NCBI GenBank assembly: GCA_009103225.1
Contig: RHPI01000249.1
Coordinates: 246,348-310,347 of the forward strand
Length of the DNA: 64,000 nt
Direction: 5' to 3'
Origin: Chlorokybus atmophyticus
Lineage: Eukaryota > Plantae > Mesostigma and Chlorokybus algae
Part shown: positions 1-13,281 of the stretch, piece by piece
Numbering within the stretch: the first letter of the stretch is position 1
How the letters are laid out: each line of letters opens with the position of its first letter
Made by a program: the position numbers and the translations under genes
The notes under the pieces: model-generated
Told to the model about the DNA's origin: nothing
What the model saw: the letters and a program-made list of their open reading frames with translations, nothing else
Databases searched by the model: none

Positions 1-2690
1 CGCCAAGGGTACAACCAGATCGCCATCAAAGAGGAGGACAAGCACAAGACTTCCTTCTGGGGAAACCGGCAGCTGTACCAGGGGAAGGTCATGCCCTTCG
101 GACTGAAGAGCGCTCCGGCCAAGTTCCAGCGCGTCATGGACAAAGCCCTCAAGGGGTTGGACTTCGCACGCTGCTACATCGACGACATCCTCATCTTCAG
201 TCACAGCAATGAGGAGCATCTCCAGCACATCGAAGAGGTGCTACAGAGGCTGAAGGAAGTCGGGATGACGGTGCACCCTGACAAGTGCACCTTCTTCACC
301 CACAAGGTACCCTACCTAGGACACATGATTGTGCCCCATGGTGTGTACGTACAGCAGGCCAAAGTGGAGGCACTGGTGGCTATCCCTGCCCCCGCAGACC
401 TCACGCGGCTGCGGGCCTTCCTCGGCCTTGCCAACTATTACCGCCGGTTTGTCAAGGACTTTGCCAAGACGCAAGGCCTCTCAACGAACTACTGAAGAAG
501 GACACCGAGTTCTTGTGGAAGGAGGCACAACAGGAGGCCTTTCAGGAGCTGAAGCTCCGCGTCACCACAGCTCCCATTCTGCAACGCCCTGACTACACCA
601 GGTCGTTCATCCTGCACACAGACTGGAGCAAGCTCGGCATGGGGGCCGTGCTCGTACAGCACGACAACAACAAGAAGGAGCGCGTAGTGTCGTACGCCAG
701 CCGCAGCAACAACAGTGCTGAGGCCAACTACAGCAGCTACGAAGGGGAGTGTCTCGCCGCAGTGTGGGCCATCTCCTTCTTCCGACCCTTCCTGTTTGGA
801 CGGCAGTTCCAACTGGTCACTGACCATCAACCCCTGAAGTGATTAATGAACAACCAGCACCTGACAGGAAAGTTAGCACGATGGGCGCTGCTGCTCCAGG
901 AGTACGACTTCGATGTGGAACACCGCGCAGGCCTTGCCAACCAGGATGCGGATGGCCTCAGCCGTAACCCCCACCTCAGCACCAACGACGCCACAGGCGC
1001 CCGACATGAGTTGGGTCCTACAGCTGCACCTTCAGGTGTGGCCACCATGTTCGCTGTCGCTGCGCTATGCTCAGGACGCAGTACTCAGATCGCTGAGGCA
1101 GCAGCAGACGGGGACATGCCCGCTCTCGAGCCCGCCATCACCACCACAGATCCTTTATCAGAAGAAGCGATCGCTGCCGACCCTGAGGTGGATGATGAGG
1201 AGCTGGCACCCACCGACACACGACAAGACATCTGGCTGGACGAGCCATCCCTCGCACTGCTTCAGACTGGACAACTTCCAGCAGGCATGAGCGCACGCGA
1301 GAAGGACCGTGTCCGGCAACGCACTCAGCGTTACCGCTGGGCCAACGACAGGCTGTATCGACGGATACAAGATGCAGATCATAAGGTCCCCACACCAGCT
1401 GCACGTGAAGGCATCATCTCCTCCCTTCACACCGAGCTCGGGCACTTCGGTGTCAAGTGCACGGTCAGCCTGGTCAGGACCCAGTACTGGTGGTATGGGG
1501 TGCACAGACAGGTGCGGGAGTTCGTCAGCAACTGTCAGCAGTGTGACATGGTTCGCGCCAGCCTCAACACGCGCAATGCCACCTTGCATCCCCTTCCCAT
1601 TTCCGGGTTGTTCTACCGCTGGGGACTGGACATCCTCGGAGACCTAGCGCCCTCAGCGCGAGGCAACCGCTACATCCTCGTCATGATCGAGCACTTCTCC
1701 AAGTGGGTGGAGCTGGTGCCCCTGCCCGACAAGAGCAGTGAGGGAGTAGCCCAGGCTTTCCTCTCCCATGTACTCGGACGCTTCGGCAGCTGCGCTGAAG
1801 TCATCACCGACCAGGGTACGGAGTTCAGAGGAGCCTTCGACAAGCTTATCGACAGATGCTTCATCGACCACCGTCGCACCTCACGCGACCACCCGCAGGC
1901 CGACGGCCTCGCCGAGCGTACCGTGCAGACCATCAAGAAGGCACTGCGCAAGTACGTCCTCGCCTACGAGAAGAATACCTGGGATGATCATCTCCCATGG
2001 GTAGCAATGGGCTACCGACTGTCCAAGCAGGCAGCCCTGCGAGAGTACAGCCCATACTATCTACTGTTCGAAAGGCAGCCATTGCTCCCTTTCCGCGCAC
2101 AGCAGGAGGTCAACAGAGTGGTGGACAATCTCGACAACCCCGACGAGATGTTGTATGATCTGACAGTGCGCAGTGCGCTGTTCGAACACACACTCCCCAT
2201 GGCCTTCAACAACCTGCGCATCGCGCAGCACCGCGACACGCTGCGTTACGAGCGTGTGCGCAGTGGTTTTTACAAGGAGCGGGAGCGCCGCTTCGAGTCA
2301 GGAGACTTCGTCTACCGTATGGCGTCTACACGCGACACCCTCGATACCTCCGTCGGGCGTGCTGTCTACAAGATATTGAATGTGCACCCCACAGGGGTAC
2401 TGGACCTGTTGGGACAACGAGGCGAGCGCATGAAGAACAACATGGTCAACTGCGCGCCCTGTCATCTCCCCGACATTGCTGGCTTCACCAAGATCCAGCA
2501 CCCGCGTCCGCTGCGCAGCACCCGATGCGAGAAGTGTGGCAGCGCTGACGACGACCCATCGATGATGTTATGCGACGGCTGTAATCAAGGCATGCACTGC
2601 TACTGCCTTGACCCTCCACTGGACGCAGTACCCTTGTGGGAGTACTGGTGCGATGACTGCCGCATCAACGGTTCCCCACACAGTCGGTAG
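1..2690 (+). pseudogene. pol: pol remnant: RT, RNase H, integrase with C-terminal PHD finger
   Basis: Motifs: RT MPFGLKSAPAKFQ and YIDD; RNase H TDWS..GAVL, YEGECLA and TDHQPL; integrase HTELGH..CQQC, WGLD, TDQGTEF and GLAER; PHD C4HC3 CEKC..MLCDGC..GMHCYCLDPPL..WCDDC. There is a 1-nt frameshift near 470 and an in-frame TGA at 840-842. Confidence 0.95.
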
Positions 2691-2735
2691 GAACTGAGTT
2701 CTGGAGCAGAGAGCTACCCCAGAATCTCAGGGGGG

Positions 2736-2974
2736 TGGCTTGTTGACTGTGTGCACTACGACACAGTCTGTACACAAAGGTGGCGAGCGGCATCGGCTCG
2801 TCCACTGCACTGAACACCGCGTAGGCTCATCTTCAAGCATATGCCCACGATTGGGGGGTTGTCTTTTGCTTGAATGACTCCAATGCAATGCACGGCACTA
2901 GCATGCGTGCAGCACTAGCACTCCTCCGCAGCCTGTCCGAAACAAGGTTGCCCTCGACCATGGCAGGCACGACA
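2736..2974 (+). repeat. LTR-terminal direct repeat, copy 1 (239 bp, TG...CA)
   Basis: tggcttgttgac...gcaggcacgaca, directly after the PPT; near-identical to 4049-4286. Confidence 0.9.
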
Positions 2975-4048
2975 GCTGTCATGCCATCTACCCTCGCATG
3001 CCAGTCCTTCTCGAGCATGCCTACACCCAGCCCCACGCCCGGGCTACCAGCATGAAGACCGCGCGAGCCCCAGCCTACTGCTAGCTACTGTACCGCTCAT
3101 GTAGCATGTAGCTAGGGCTACTTTATAGACCTGTCTGTAGGGACCGCGCGTAGCTGATCAGTTGTAAGTCTGTTAATAACACATGTGCTATATCGAGTCT
3201 TAGTGTTGACATACACACGTGCAAGTGACACGCCAACAACATCAACACAAGAGCATGACTGCTACTGCCATTAATGCCATACAAGTCCAGGGGTTTTATA
3301 CCCCGCCAGTTTCTACACACGTCTACATTTGCAAGCACCGCGTGCGCAATACTCAGCCTTTCAACGCGTTCTAAGTTGCGCTGTTTAGCTCACGACCAGA
3401 GCTTTCCAACAAGCTAAGCCACGCCTGCTAAGCTTACGTATCCATAAAGCTACGCGGTTTCTCCCAACGCTCTACTCAGCATCTGGTCCGGAGTCCGTCC
3501 TGGCTCGACCATCTTGCTAAGTCCGGAGTCCACGTGCTCAGCCCATACCTTCGACTCTCGACTCTTGTGTAGAGGGCAAGCTGACCGGATACAAGCATCA
3601 CCCATGTGATACCTTCAACACTTAGGAGATTTCCGAAATAGCATGAGGCCTCGATGTGACCGTTGGCCTAGTGCCCGCGTGGCACTGCACAGTCATGATT
3701 TGACATGTATAAGTAGGAAGTCACGTCACCAGACTGGCTGGTGACACTGTAAGTGAGTACTAGGAGTACTAGGAGTACCAAGAAGTAAAGACTCTGTTTC
3801 TAAAGAGCTTGTGAAGCGACTTGAACTGGAAGCACGCTGCCCCGGTTGCCAAGAATTCCCTTACTGCGTGAGACACGGTGCATGCTCTTGTGCGCTATGC
3901 CTGTCATTGTTGTGAGCTTGACGGTGGTGTGTTGTTTCAGTAGTCAGGGTGTTGTATCCACATGTTGCACACTCATTCACCTCACTTAACAGTGTATCAT
4001 TATATCCACTCATGCAAAGAACTGTGTCCACAGCACTACCTATCGTAG

Positions 4049-4286
4049 TGGCTTGTTGACTGTGTGCACTACGACACAGTCTGTACACAAAGGTGGCGAG
4101 CGGCATCGGCTCGTCCACTGCACTGACACCGCTTAGGCTCATCTTCAAGCCTATGCCCACGATTGGGGGGTTGTCTTTTGCTTACATGACTCCAATGCAA
4201 TGCACGGCACTAGCATGCGTGCAGCACTAGCACTCCTCCGCAGCCTGTCCGAGACAAGGTTGCCCTCGACCATGGCAGGCACGACA
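4049..4286 (+). repeat. LTR-terminal direct repeat, copy 2 (238 bp, TG...CA)
   Basis: Same sequence as 2736-2974 with only a few differences. Confidence 0.9.
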
Positions 4287-5586
4287 ATAGACTTGACAAG
4301 GGCCGTTGCCACAGAAGGCGAAAAAATGCCAATTATTGCAAAGATGTTCAAAATTATTCTAAAGGCATCTCGACGGCAACGCCATTCTTAACGGCGAGTC
4401 TAGGTCCGGGCTTTTGGGCGCTATCTTGGCGGCAGTTAGCGGGTAAAACGCGCGCTCTTTTGGTGGTACGAGGCCGGGGCCCCTTATCCCAAGCATCTTC
4501 CGCCATCAATAACCATCACTTTAACTGTTTCACACCCTACCACTTAACACTAACGGTTGAACACTAACATAAAAGGGGCACCAAACATGGACGTCAGCCT
4601 AAATACTGCCGCATGTGCATGCACATGGACGACAATTCAACTTATACCATAAACATCGAATTAAGGTATCGTTAGGGTTTGGGTTTGGGTTTTCAGCCAA
4701 GATAGTATAATACGTTATTGATCGTGCATTGTGTACAGTATAATATTGTTTTATTTATATATAATATAATATATATAATATAATATAATTAACATACCGC
4801 AAATGCATATATCCCTGTATTAAGCACTTTGGTATGCAAAATGTGCGATTACACACTTAGCATGTCAATGGTGTGCATGTAAAACTGTTCACATGGCAAG
4901 CTTTGAATGCATAACTAAGCGGTGAGTATCATGGAGGAGAGGACAAGTGTCAGACACCATTTGCCCAGCGTCATGTCCGCTCAGGAAAATAAGTCGCTTC
5001 ATAAGTCGCCCCTCTAGCCAGAATTGCCCGTGACCCTCATCATGACGATGCGACCCACGCGATTCGCACGATTCGCGCGACGCTGCCCATGTTGCAATGT
5101 GGGCCACATCATGTAGCATGGCAGCGTCCGCCATAGCCGATTTTCATCGTGACCATAGTGATCGCCGGCGAGGGTGGCCACCAATGAATAGTCGGCTTGG
5201 CTACAAGGTCTGAGTTGACTTGCCAACTAGGTTAGTAGCGCCGAACAAGGGTGCCACCTGTTGGTGGTCTATTTCAAATCGAAAGACATGCACCACCGTG
5301 AGTGCGTCAAGTGTACGAAGAAAAAATGTGGCGACTAGGTATTATATATGAGTCAAAGAGTTGCAGGTTGCACGGTGTGCTTAATTACTCGCTTTGCTGT
5401 TGATAGGTACAATGGCGCGATTGTCCGCGAGGGGGGGGGGGGGGGGGGGGGNCGAAAGCGATTATCATGTGCAACGCTTATACTGACGCTTAAGCATGTT
5501 GTTGATGAGGAGCAATTGTGATATGCTGATATAGTTGGGTTTGATCGGTTGCATTTTATGTTGGTGCGTTTCATCCGGGCTTAACG

Positions 5587-5879
5587 CATGGTGTATGATT
5601 GCGTTACGACATTTGTCATTGGCGGCTGACGAGTGGACTTTACGTCCCAGCGGTTACCGTGACTCATGGGGTAGTACACGCAATTAGCTGGGTATGAAAG
5701 TTGGAATGATACCCATCAACATATTTAAATGGTTGCATGGAGTGATGTGTATGCTGATACGGACTTTGATATTGGTGGGTGTCATCCAGGCTTTCATACA
5801 TGGTGTATGATTGTGCTACGACATATGTCATTTGCGGCTGAGGAGTGGACTTTATGTCCCCGCGGTTACGGTGACTCAT
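5587..5879. repeat. Diverged ~80-bp direct repeat pair (5587-5667, 5799-5879)
   Basis: catggtgtatgattg...gtgactcat is present twice. Confidence 0.8.
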
Positions 5880-6169
<290 letters not shown>

Positions 6170-8189
6170 TAGATAGATAGATAATTAAATAGGTAGATAT
6201 GTAGCACTTGCAAACATCTATGTACGAAAGTTGCAATGATACTTAACAACATCTCCAGTAGGTAGTTTGCATACTACCATTGTTTTATAAGGAAGCCATC
6301 AGCAGAGTTTACCTAAGATCACAGTCGCACGTTACAGTCGTTAAGCAACCAAAGTTGCATGTATTAATGTACTTGCCGGTCCAATAATATGTGTACATAT
6401 ATGTGTGAGCGGGTGTGTATTTACGCGAGACAAGTGAAGTCTACAAGGCGTATGAAGTTAATTGTCACTCGGGTACGTATGCATCACCTGTTGCAGCTTT
6501 TGCTCTTTACAATGCATAGATGCAATTGTACCTACCTTCCTCATGAATCTAAAAGATGCATATAGGGACTACACATGTGCTTCAGTGTCGTTACATCTAT
6601 ATTGTACATATCCACCACTGCTGTTGTTGACGGAACGCCTATGACCGTGTTTATTATGTCAATGCGCACATTTTGTTGCATCGCGCAATCAATACGGATA
6701 CTACAACATAATAAATGCTGTTCAACCTCGTTCATCCATTTGATGTCGTTGGAGGTTTTATATCGCTGCCAGCAACCTTAACTCGTACACTCATGCGTAA
6801 GCTATACCAGAGATGATGTCTAGATGGGGTTCAATGTTTTCAGGGTCTTCAACACTTCTCTTGACCATGTCGCTGAAGGGCAGCTCCAACAAGTGCAGGA
6901 GATGAATGGGACAACCGGCCTCTACTATCATGTCTTAGGCTTGATGAAGAGGTATGAACTTGTTGATGCCCAGTATGGTGATGGCATGCAGGTTGTGGTT
7001 GTGGTTGAAGACTGCAAGGTGTTGTGTGTGAAGTTGTATTCTCCGTGGGTTGATATGCTTGTCAAGTGTACCTATTATTACATTCATATACAAATTAAAT
7101 TCAACTTGTGACAATTATTGTTCCCTGCATATATAGCAACACAGATGTTTACGGTTATAAATCAAGTCACTATTATGATCAGGAAACCCTGCATATAGCA
7201 CAACAGGCAGTTACAGCTTTTACAGGATTATCCGTGTATAGCAACACAGACAGTTGGGGCTATAGATCGGGCCAGTGTCATGATAATGGTACCATATGTC
7301 TAAATGTTTGTGTATGTATATATATACATAGACAGTCATAGCTTGCATGCAATAATCCATATAGTTAATGTCATGATTATTATGTTTATAATATCATATC
7401 TACTATTACATTCAAGCTTATATACTTGACAAGTGTCATAATTTGACGTCCGTAATAAATTAAGTATATCAATAGAGATGGTTATGGTTTAAGTTAGTTA
7501 ATTCTTTTATTCAATTCTATTATTCCATTGGGTTGACTATCAATGTGCCACAGTGTGGAGAGTTGCAAACGTGTTCAGTTGACAGCGGGCCGGGAGGTGT
7601 CTTTTGCGCTTTGCGCGCAGCATCGTCATGTGCCACCTTCAGCAAGCCCAGGCAAGGGCCGAGATTGCCACTTCATCTCGTAATCATCGTCCTCCGGTGT
7701 CACTTCAGGTTACTACATATGGTGCTCAGCAGAAATGAGCGTAACATTGCCCACATAAGAGCGCTTGCGCACACCTGCAGATTCATGCGTGGTAGATAAT
7801 AAAGTAGAAGCAAACTGGTTAAAGCAACACTACATCAATGTGTACAACACAATAGGTGCTAGAGGGTACAATACTTTACGAGGTCGTTCGGGATTCGGTT
7901 ATAAATTCTGAAAGTTATTCAAAATGTCGAAGTTAGCAGTGCAAAGACAGGTTGAAGTAACAAGACATTATGGACATATGCATAATGCTCAATGCACCTC
8001 TTTCTATCTTTTGCGCTCTGCACATTATTACTTCCTGCTTGCTGTTGTTTCTGCATCCTACACACTATCCAATTACATGTGCATCTTTTCTTCCATTCTT
8101 CTGTGCATTGCCAGTTACGACTTCCTGCTTGCCTGTTGTTGTTGTCTACAACCCACACCTGAACGTATTTCGGTAACCAATTGCTCATT

Positions 8190-8730
8190 CCCTCCATTGA
8201 CATGCAACACGCTGCCGCCGCATGCACAACGGCCACGTCGACCCACTGCCGCCACGACCTACGCCACATTGGAACTACCCAGATGTTTATGTGTGCCATA
8301 AGCACAATTAATAACATGCACACATTTACTCAACTTATATGCAAAAATGTACATATTTTGTTATCCTATCGCTCAGTCCCTCGACTGACTTGTGACCCGT
8401 CACCACGACCTACGCCACATTTGAGCTGCCTAATGTTCACGTGTGCCATAAACACGATTACTATGTGATGCTCATTGGGCAATGAGCGCGCACGTATTTA
8501 CAGATGATGGATGTAATTGAATCACATCGTGGATGTTTCTAGCATGCACACATTCTTTCAAGCCTAAATGCATGCAACATCGTACATACTTTGTTAACAT
8601 ATTGCTCACTCCCTCAGCTGCCATGCGACACGCCGCCACCGCCACGTACTACGCCGCATTTGATCTGCTCAATTTTGACATGTGTTCTACATCCGCATAT
8701 TACATGATGCTCATTGGAATATGAGCGCAT
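8190..8730. repeat. Three degenerate tandem repeat units
   Basis: The core ccacgacctacgccacatt / ccacgtactacgccgcatt recurs near 8250, 8405 and 8640 with similar downstream sequence. Confidence 0.55.
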
Positions 8731-10062
8731 GTGTGTATGCGCAATTGCATGCACAATGACTCAATCCACATATTGAGTCATGTACTTATGCAATTGCATG
8801 CGCACCTATTATAAAGTGTCATGGCCAACATAAACAAGCATCATGTATGTGTATTCCAATATTTTTAAGTAACCGACTAATGTTGCTAATGCTTGCTTAA
8901 ACCTCGATATGCATAATCATGATGTATACACCCAAATCACGCCAGCAAGGGGCATAAAATGGAAAAATATATTAGAGTATATGAACTTGAAGAGTGTGAT
9001 ATTGCATCAGCAACATCTGGTCAGCCTACCAGGTATGCACAATATATACCGGGTTATGGTACATTGATATTAGATTCATCTGCTGCCGTTGCTTAATCGC
9101 GCCGCCACACATTGTCTCCGACTGATATGGTGCATTACAAACAATCGACGGCGCTCGACAATTGGGCTGATCGATGGGACAGGTCATCTGGTGGCGCTCG
9201 CGACCCCAAAAAGGCCTTCCTGACAAAAATAAAATGAAAAACGGCATCCATTTTATCACTAATACTCTGATCATAATGACTGTAAGTCTTGTCACAGTCA
9301 GTGCTATGATGACTATTCCTATAGTAATCTACACTTGCAGTGACATGCTGCATGCTATAGGCGTATCACGTGTACGCGCGGCGTCCGTAACGGCGTGACG
9401 AGCTGATCGGACGGCCCAAACGGCATCCTCAGCATCCACGTCGTCATAATGGACGGTCCGATGGCCGTCCGCGGGGTGTCCGCCTGGTACTGATAAGTAT
9501 GCAACATGCATGATACTATGCAATTTTTACATTCGTTTTTACCTCACCCCCTCCCCTTCTAGCTGCGTAGGGTAGCTTCAGCTATAGATTTGAAAATAAA
9601 CGTTTTGCGTCTTACGGCTATCGCAAACATTGTGGCTTACTTTATATACCATATTGATACATGCTAATATTATATGTTAAGCATCGAAAATTTGACATTA
9701 TCTTGCACATACGTAGGGTTAATCAACGATATAGTGATATCGTTGTTATAACTCAATTGGAATTGTTAAGAAGATTATGTATGCGTTGCACGTAGTTATG
9801 ATATACATATGTATCATTATCTAAGCATAGGGCTTTTCGTGTAATTGCAAACTCGGCTGAAGTAATGTATTTCAATGTGTGTTATATAAGTTAGAGGGTT
9901 TCGCAGCTAAACATACAATTCTTCAATTGCAACATGTGTGCCCGCATGCGCACGCGCACATGTGAGCCCTATTTTGCTTCTTGGCATCTACGCAAACATT
10001 CCATGCTCGCAACATCAACAACAGCTTTAACATAAGTATCACATCAAGCTTAACGTAGTAAA

Positions 10063-10250
10063 TCATAACGGCGGCGGCGACGGCGATGGCCATAATGACG
10101 GCAAACCTAAGTGCCCATAGACTTGCCCACTCTGCTGAACGTGTCCTTGTAATACTGCCTCCTGAGTTCTTGGATCGCTGCGTCGCTTTTTTTGTGCAGA
10201 TGTAAGATATCCTCCTACGATTTTGCTACGTCCTTGTGCATATTGGAGGC
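10063..10250 (-). pseudogene. 3' exon of a decayed coiled-coil gene whose intron holds the composite LTR element
   Basis: An AG acceptor at 10251-10252 is followed by ASNMHKDVAKS*EDILHLHKKSDAAIQELRRQYYK. It joins in phase to the exon ending at 28138. Confidence 0.4.
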
Positions 10251-10469
10251 CTACTTGCATTGCAAAGCGGCAATGTAAAGGGAGAAATGCCAACTCCCCC
10301 TTTAATCTTCTACCCCAACACCCACGCCAACGACCCTCATGCCGCCATGACTGTCGTGTTAAAAAACCATGTTCCCCCACTCTGTAACAAACCACTAGGC
10401 CACAAAAGCACGAAGTGTGTTTTGTGGCCATTGTGGCGTTATTATTTGGTCGTCCGTGACATTCCCCCC

Positions 10470-11626
10470 CACTTAGGTATCTAATGTCCTCATCAGATGT
10501 GAGTTTTTACAGGGCTTCTCGTCACTGAGCAGTGGAAGCGATTTTGCAATCATTATTGAGCAGCCTCAGCGCGCATTGCGCGTATGGGACCGACTGTCAA
10601 CCAACAGGCGCCACTTGCGCGCATATACATCAGCACTGTTGTTGCCCATTCAAAGTTTGGCCAACTTCTCATCTGCTTCCACCCAAGGCGCAACACTCTG
10701 GTAGTGACTGCGCATGTAGTCCAGCAGTGCTTGCATGGTATTGGCAAACTTGCCCTTCTCATGCTGCATCTGCACCTCAGCTGGTGCCAGATTGAGAACA
10801 ATGTTGAACTTGTCCTCCTGTGACATGTCATTGGCTAAGGCCGATTAGTTGTTAATAGACACGATCCACTTCTTAACAGTAGTCTTCCTGGCAGTGGGAT
10901 CAAACTTGGATGGCTTGACTAATGCCATCTTGGCACTGGCAGACACACTGCTTGTGGCGGGTGCAGAGCGCAATGCCGTCACTTGCTGAGACAGATGAGA
11001 GATCAATGACTCCGCATTCTCCAATCTAAAATAACGCCTCGCGCCAACGGTTTTTGATGGCGACAATACTGTGCCAAAAATTGGAATGCGCAACGCGGGC
11101 CATTGGAAGCAGCGTCAAAGATGCGCAGTAAATTTTGAATGAATTCATCACTAGTGGCAGTGCGTTGCAACACAAAAGGTTGGCTCTGTTGAGCTCCCTC
11201 TAAAGTGGTGCGAGTAGCTTCGGGTGCAGGTTGTGTAGTTTTCTCCCTATGCTCATTGACATCAACATGCACAATCTGAGCAGGGTCTGCAGGCAACTCC
11301 CATGGGGAATTGCCCCCAGTTCACAACATCTTTCAACCGCTTTCTACATCAAGTATAAGGCGCTGCTGCCTAGCGGGTTCAAGTTTGTCGAACAGTTCAC
11401 CAGCCAGCAGGTGCCTTCGTATATCACATGCAAAACGCTTCGCCTCCCCCACGGAGTAGGGTTGACTGCAGAGAAAGCGTTCTTGCTTGGTGAGCTCAAG
11501 GAGAATGGCCCCTTCAATCTCATCTAGTGGGTCAACTGTAATCTCCTTTTGTCCCTCTACTTGCGTAGCGACAAGCGAAGAATTCTCGGTGCCCTGAGAT
11601 GTCTTTTTTGACTTGCCTTTTGCCAT
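10470..11626 (-). pseudogene. gag: gag-like remnant, no pol
   Basis: Reads MAKGKSKK... and LVKPSKFD..VKKWIVSINN*..., and lies between the PBS and PPT. It has several stops and frameshifts, and no RT or integrase is present. Confidence 0.6.
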
Positions 11627-12589
11627 GTCTGAACACAGCAATACAGCTTGTAAGAACAAAGCTGTATAAGCAAAAAGAGTTGTGCAAGCAAGGCTTGCAA
11701 CAACAACAAACAACAAGTCTTATGCCTTGGGCTGCTCGTGTTGTAAAACCACTCATTGAGTGTAATGCCACTTTAAAAAATGATGTTAACGTGTGAGTGA
11801 GTGCTGTCACTTATTGCAATGCAAAGTAAAGCAACTTAATGATTAAATGCTTTATTGCAGCGCAGAGGAATATCCAAGAGGCTCCCTCAATTAATGAGAG
11901 GATTATCTCGAGAGGCTCTCTTTGCTATTGATTGTGCACAAATACGCACACAATGCACGCGAGCCACCAAACACTCACGCACATCCACCTCTCTACAAGG
12001 AAGAGGGGCCAGATGAGCACAAAACAACCTATACAAGCTAACTATTTACTTGCTTAGGTTGAAAGTCTGGTTGGTCGCGGCGACTTGCTAGGCTTTGGTT
12101 GCCGCTGGCCTGGCTGCGGTCGACCGCAAGGGGCAGGAAATGACGCGCGAGGCAGTCAGTCTGACGGCCGATACAATGGTACCTGCTGCAACGCAGGTTG
12201 CGTCGCAGGAGGTTGCGCAGTAGGTGGCTTGCCAGGCTTTTGGCCTGAAGGATGTGAACGGCGGCGCTGCTAGCGGCCTGGTGGCTGTGAACGGCGGCGT
12301 TGCTCTACCACAATAAATAACCACAATAACACAATCAGGCCCACCCACAAAGAGGACCGTGCTCCGATACCAAATGTGAAGGGAGAAATGCCAACTCTGT
12401 TTCAGCCCACTCGACCACAAAAGACTTGGTGCTTTTATGGTCGATTTGTGGTAATTTAATCGTCGCAATATGTTTTCCCTGCCGGCCGACTAAATATTAG
12501 CAACGGCCGTGCATCTGAGGACATTAATTTAGACTGTCGTGGCTCAGGCCACCTGTAATTTTGATACAGGGACCTAATAGTTACTTCCG

Positions 12590-12930
12590 TTACTGTCAGG
12601 CCCTTTTTGTTACAATTCAGACTTTAACAGTTGACTATGCATAACTAACAGGCGCCTGTTAGTTACCTGTCAGGCGTTAACAGGTGACTTTATATAATTA
12701 ACAGGCACTTGTTGGTCACACACCAGGCCTCAACAAATGACTTTGTGTAATTTACAGGCAACTGTTAGTTACACATCAGGTCTTATTAAGTGACTACAAC
12801 TAACCAACGGGCACCTGTAAGTTACACATTAGTCTTACTTAGGTGACTTAGCCTATGTGACAGGCACGTGCAGGTTACACACCAGTCCAGCGCAGGCGAC
12901 CAAGCCTAATTAACAAGCACCAACTAGGTA
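12590..12930. repeat. Left subterminal repeat array of the transposon
   Basis: Repeated TAACAGGCRC-like units, including the perfect 24-bp palindrome taactaacaggcgcctgttagtta at 12642-12665. Confidence 0.7.
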
Positions 12931-13281
12931 ATTATCAACAAAATAATGCATTCCTTAACAACTGAAGGTGATTAATGCCTAATTGTCGTCATATGTATTT
13001 GCATAGCTTGACTACACGCGATTGTCACTGACTTCCAGCATTGTTATGTGCCTGTGCTGTGTACATGTACCTGAAATGTGTACAGTGTCTCTCAGTCACT
13101 TGCCAAGGCTTGTAGTTCGATTATGTGACTCGAATGCAGTTCTGTTGTATATCATAGGGATGCAAGTATTGATGTGCATGAGCATAATGACGATTGACTA
13201 AGCTGGTTTAAGATGCACAACACTCAGTCACAAGAGCCTTGTAGCTATGTACACTACCAGCTAAACGGACTACCAACTGCG

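Larger units (their letters stand above)
1..4286 (+). mobile_element. Ty3/gypsy LTR retrotransposon, 3' part (RT-RNaseH-integrase-PHD, PPT, 3' terminal repeat region)
   Basis: The order is RT, RNase H, then integrase. A G-run PPT (2729-2735) is followed directly by TG at 2736, and the repeat region ends in CA at 4286. The 5' part lies outside the window. Confidence 0.93.

Noticed and set aside
4670-4695. Telomere-like tagggtttgggtttggg, with similar short runs near 41205 and 48225
   Set aside because: These are only 2-3 degenerate units, too short to call interstitial telomeres.
9026-9523. GC-rich patch with short ORFs and a small hairpin
   Set aside because: There is no recognisable domain and no definable termini.
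12590-12930. Possible CRISPR-like array
   Set aside because: The units are irregular and degenerate with no unique fixed-length spacers, there are no cas genes, and the context is a eukaryotic transposon end.
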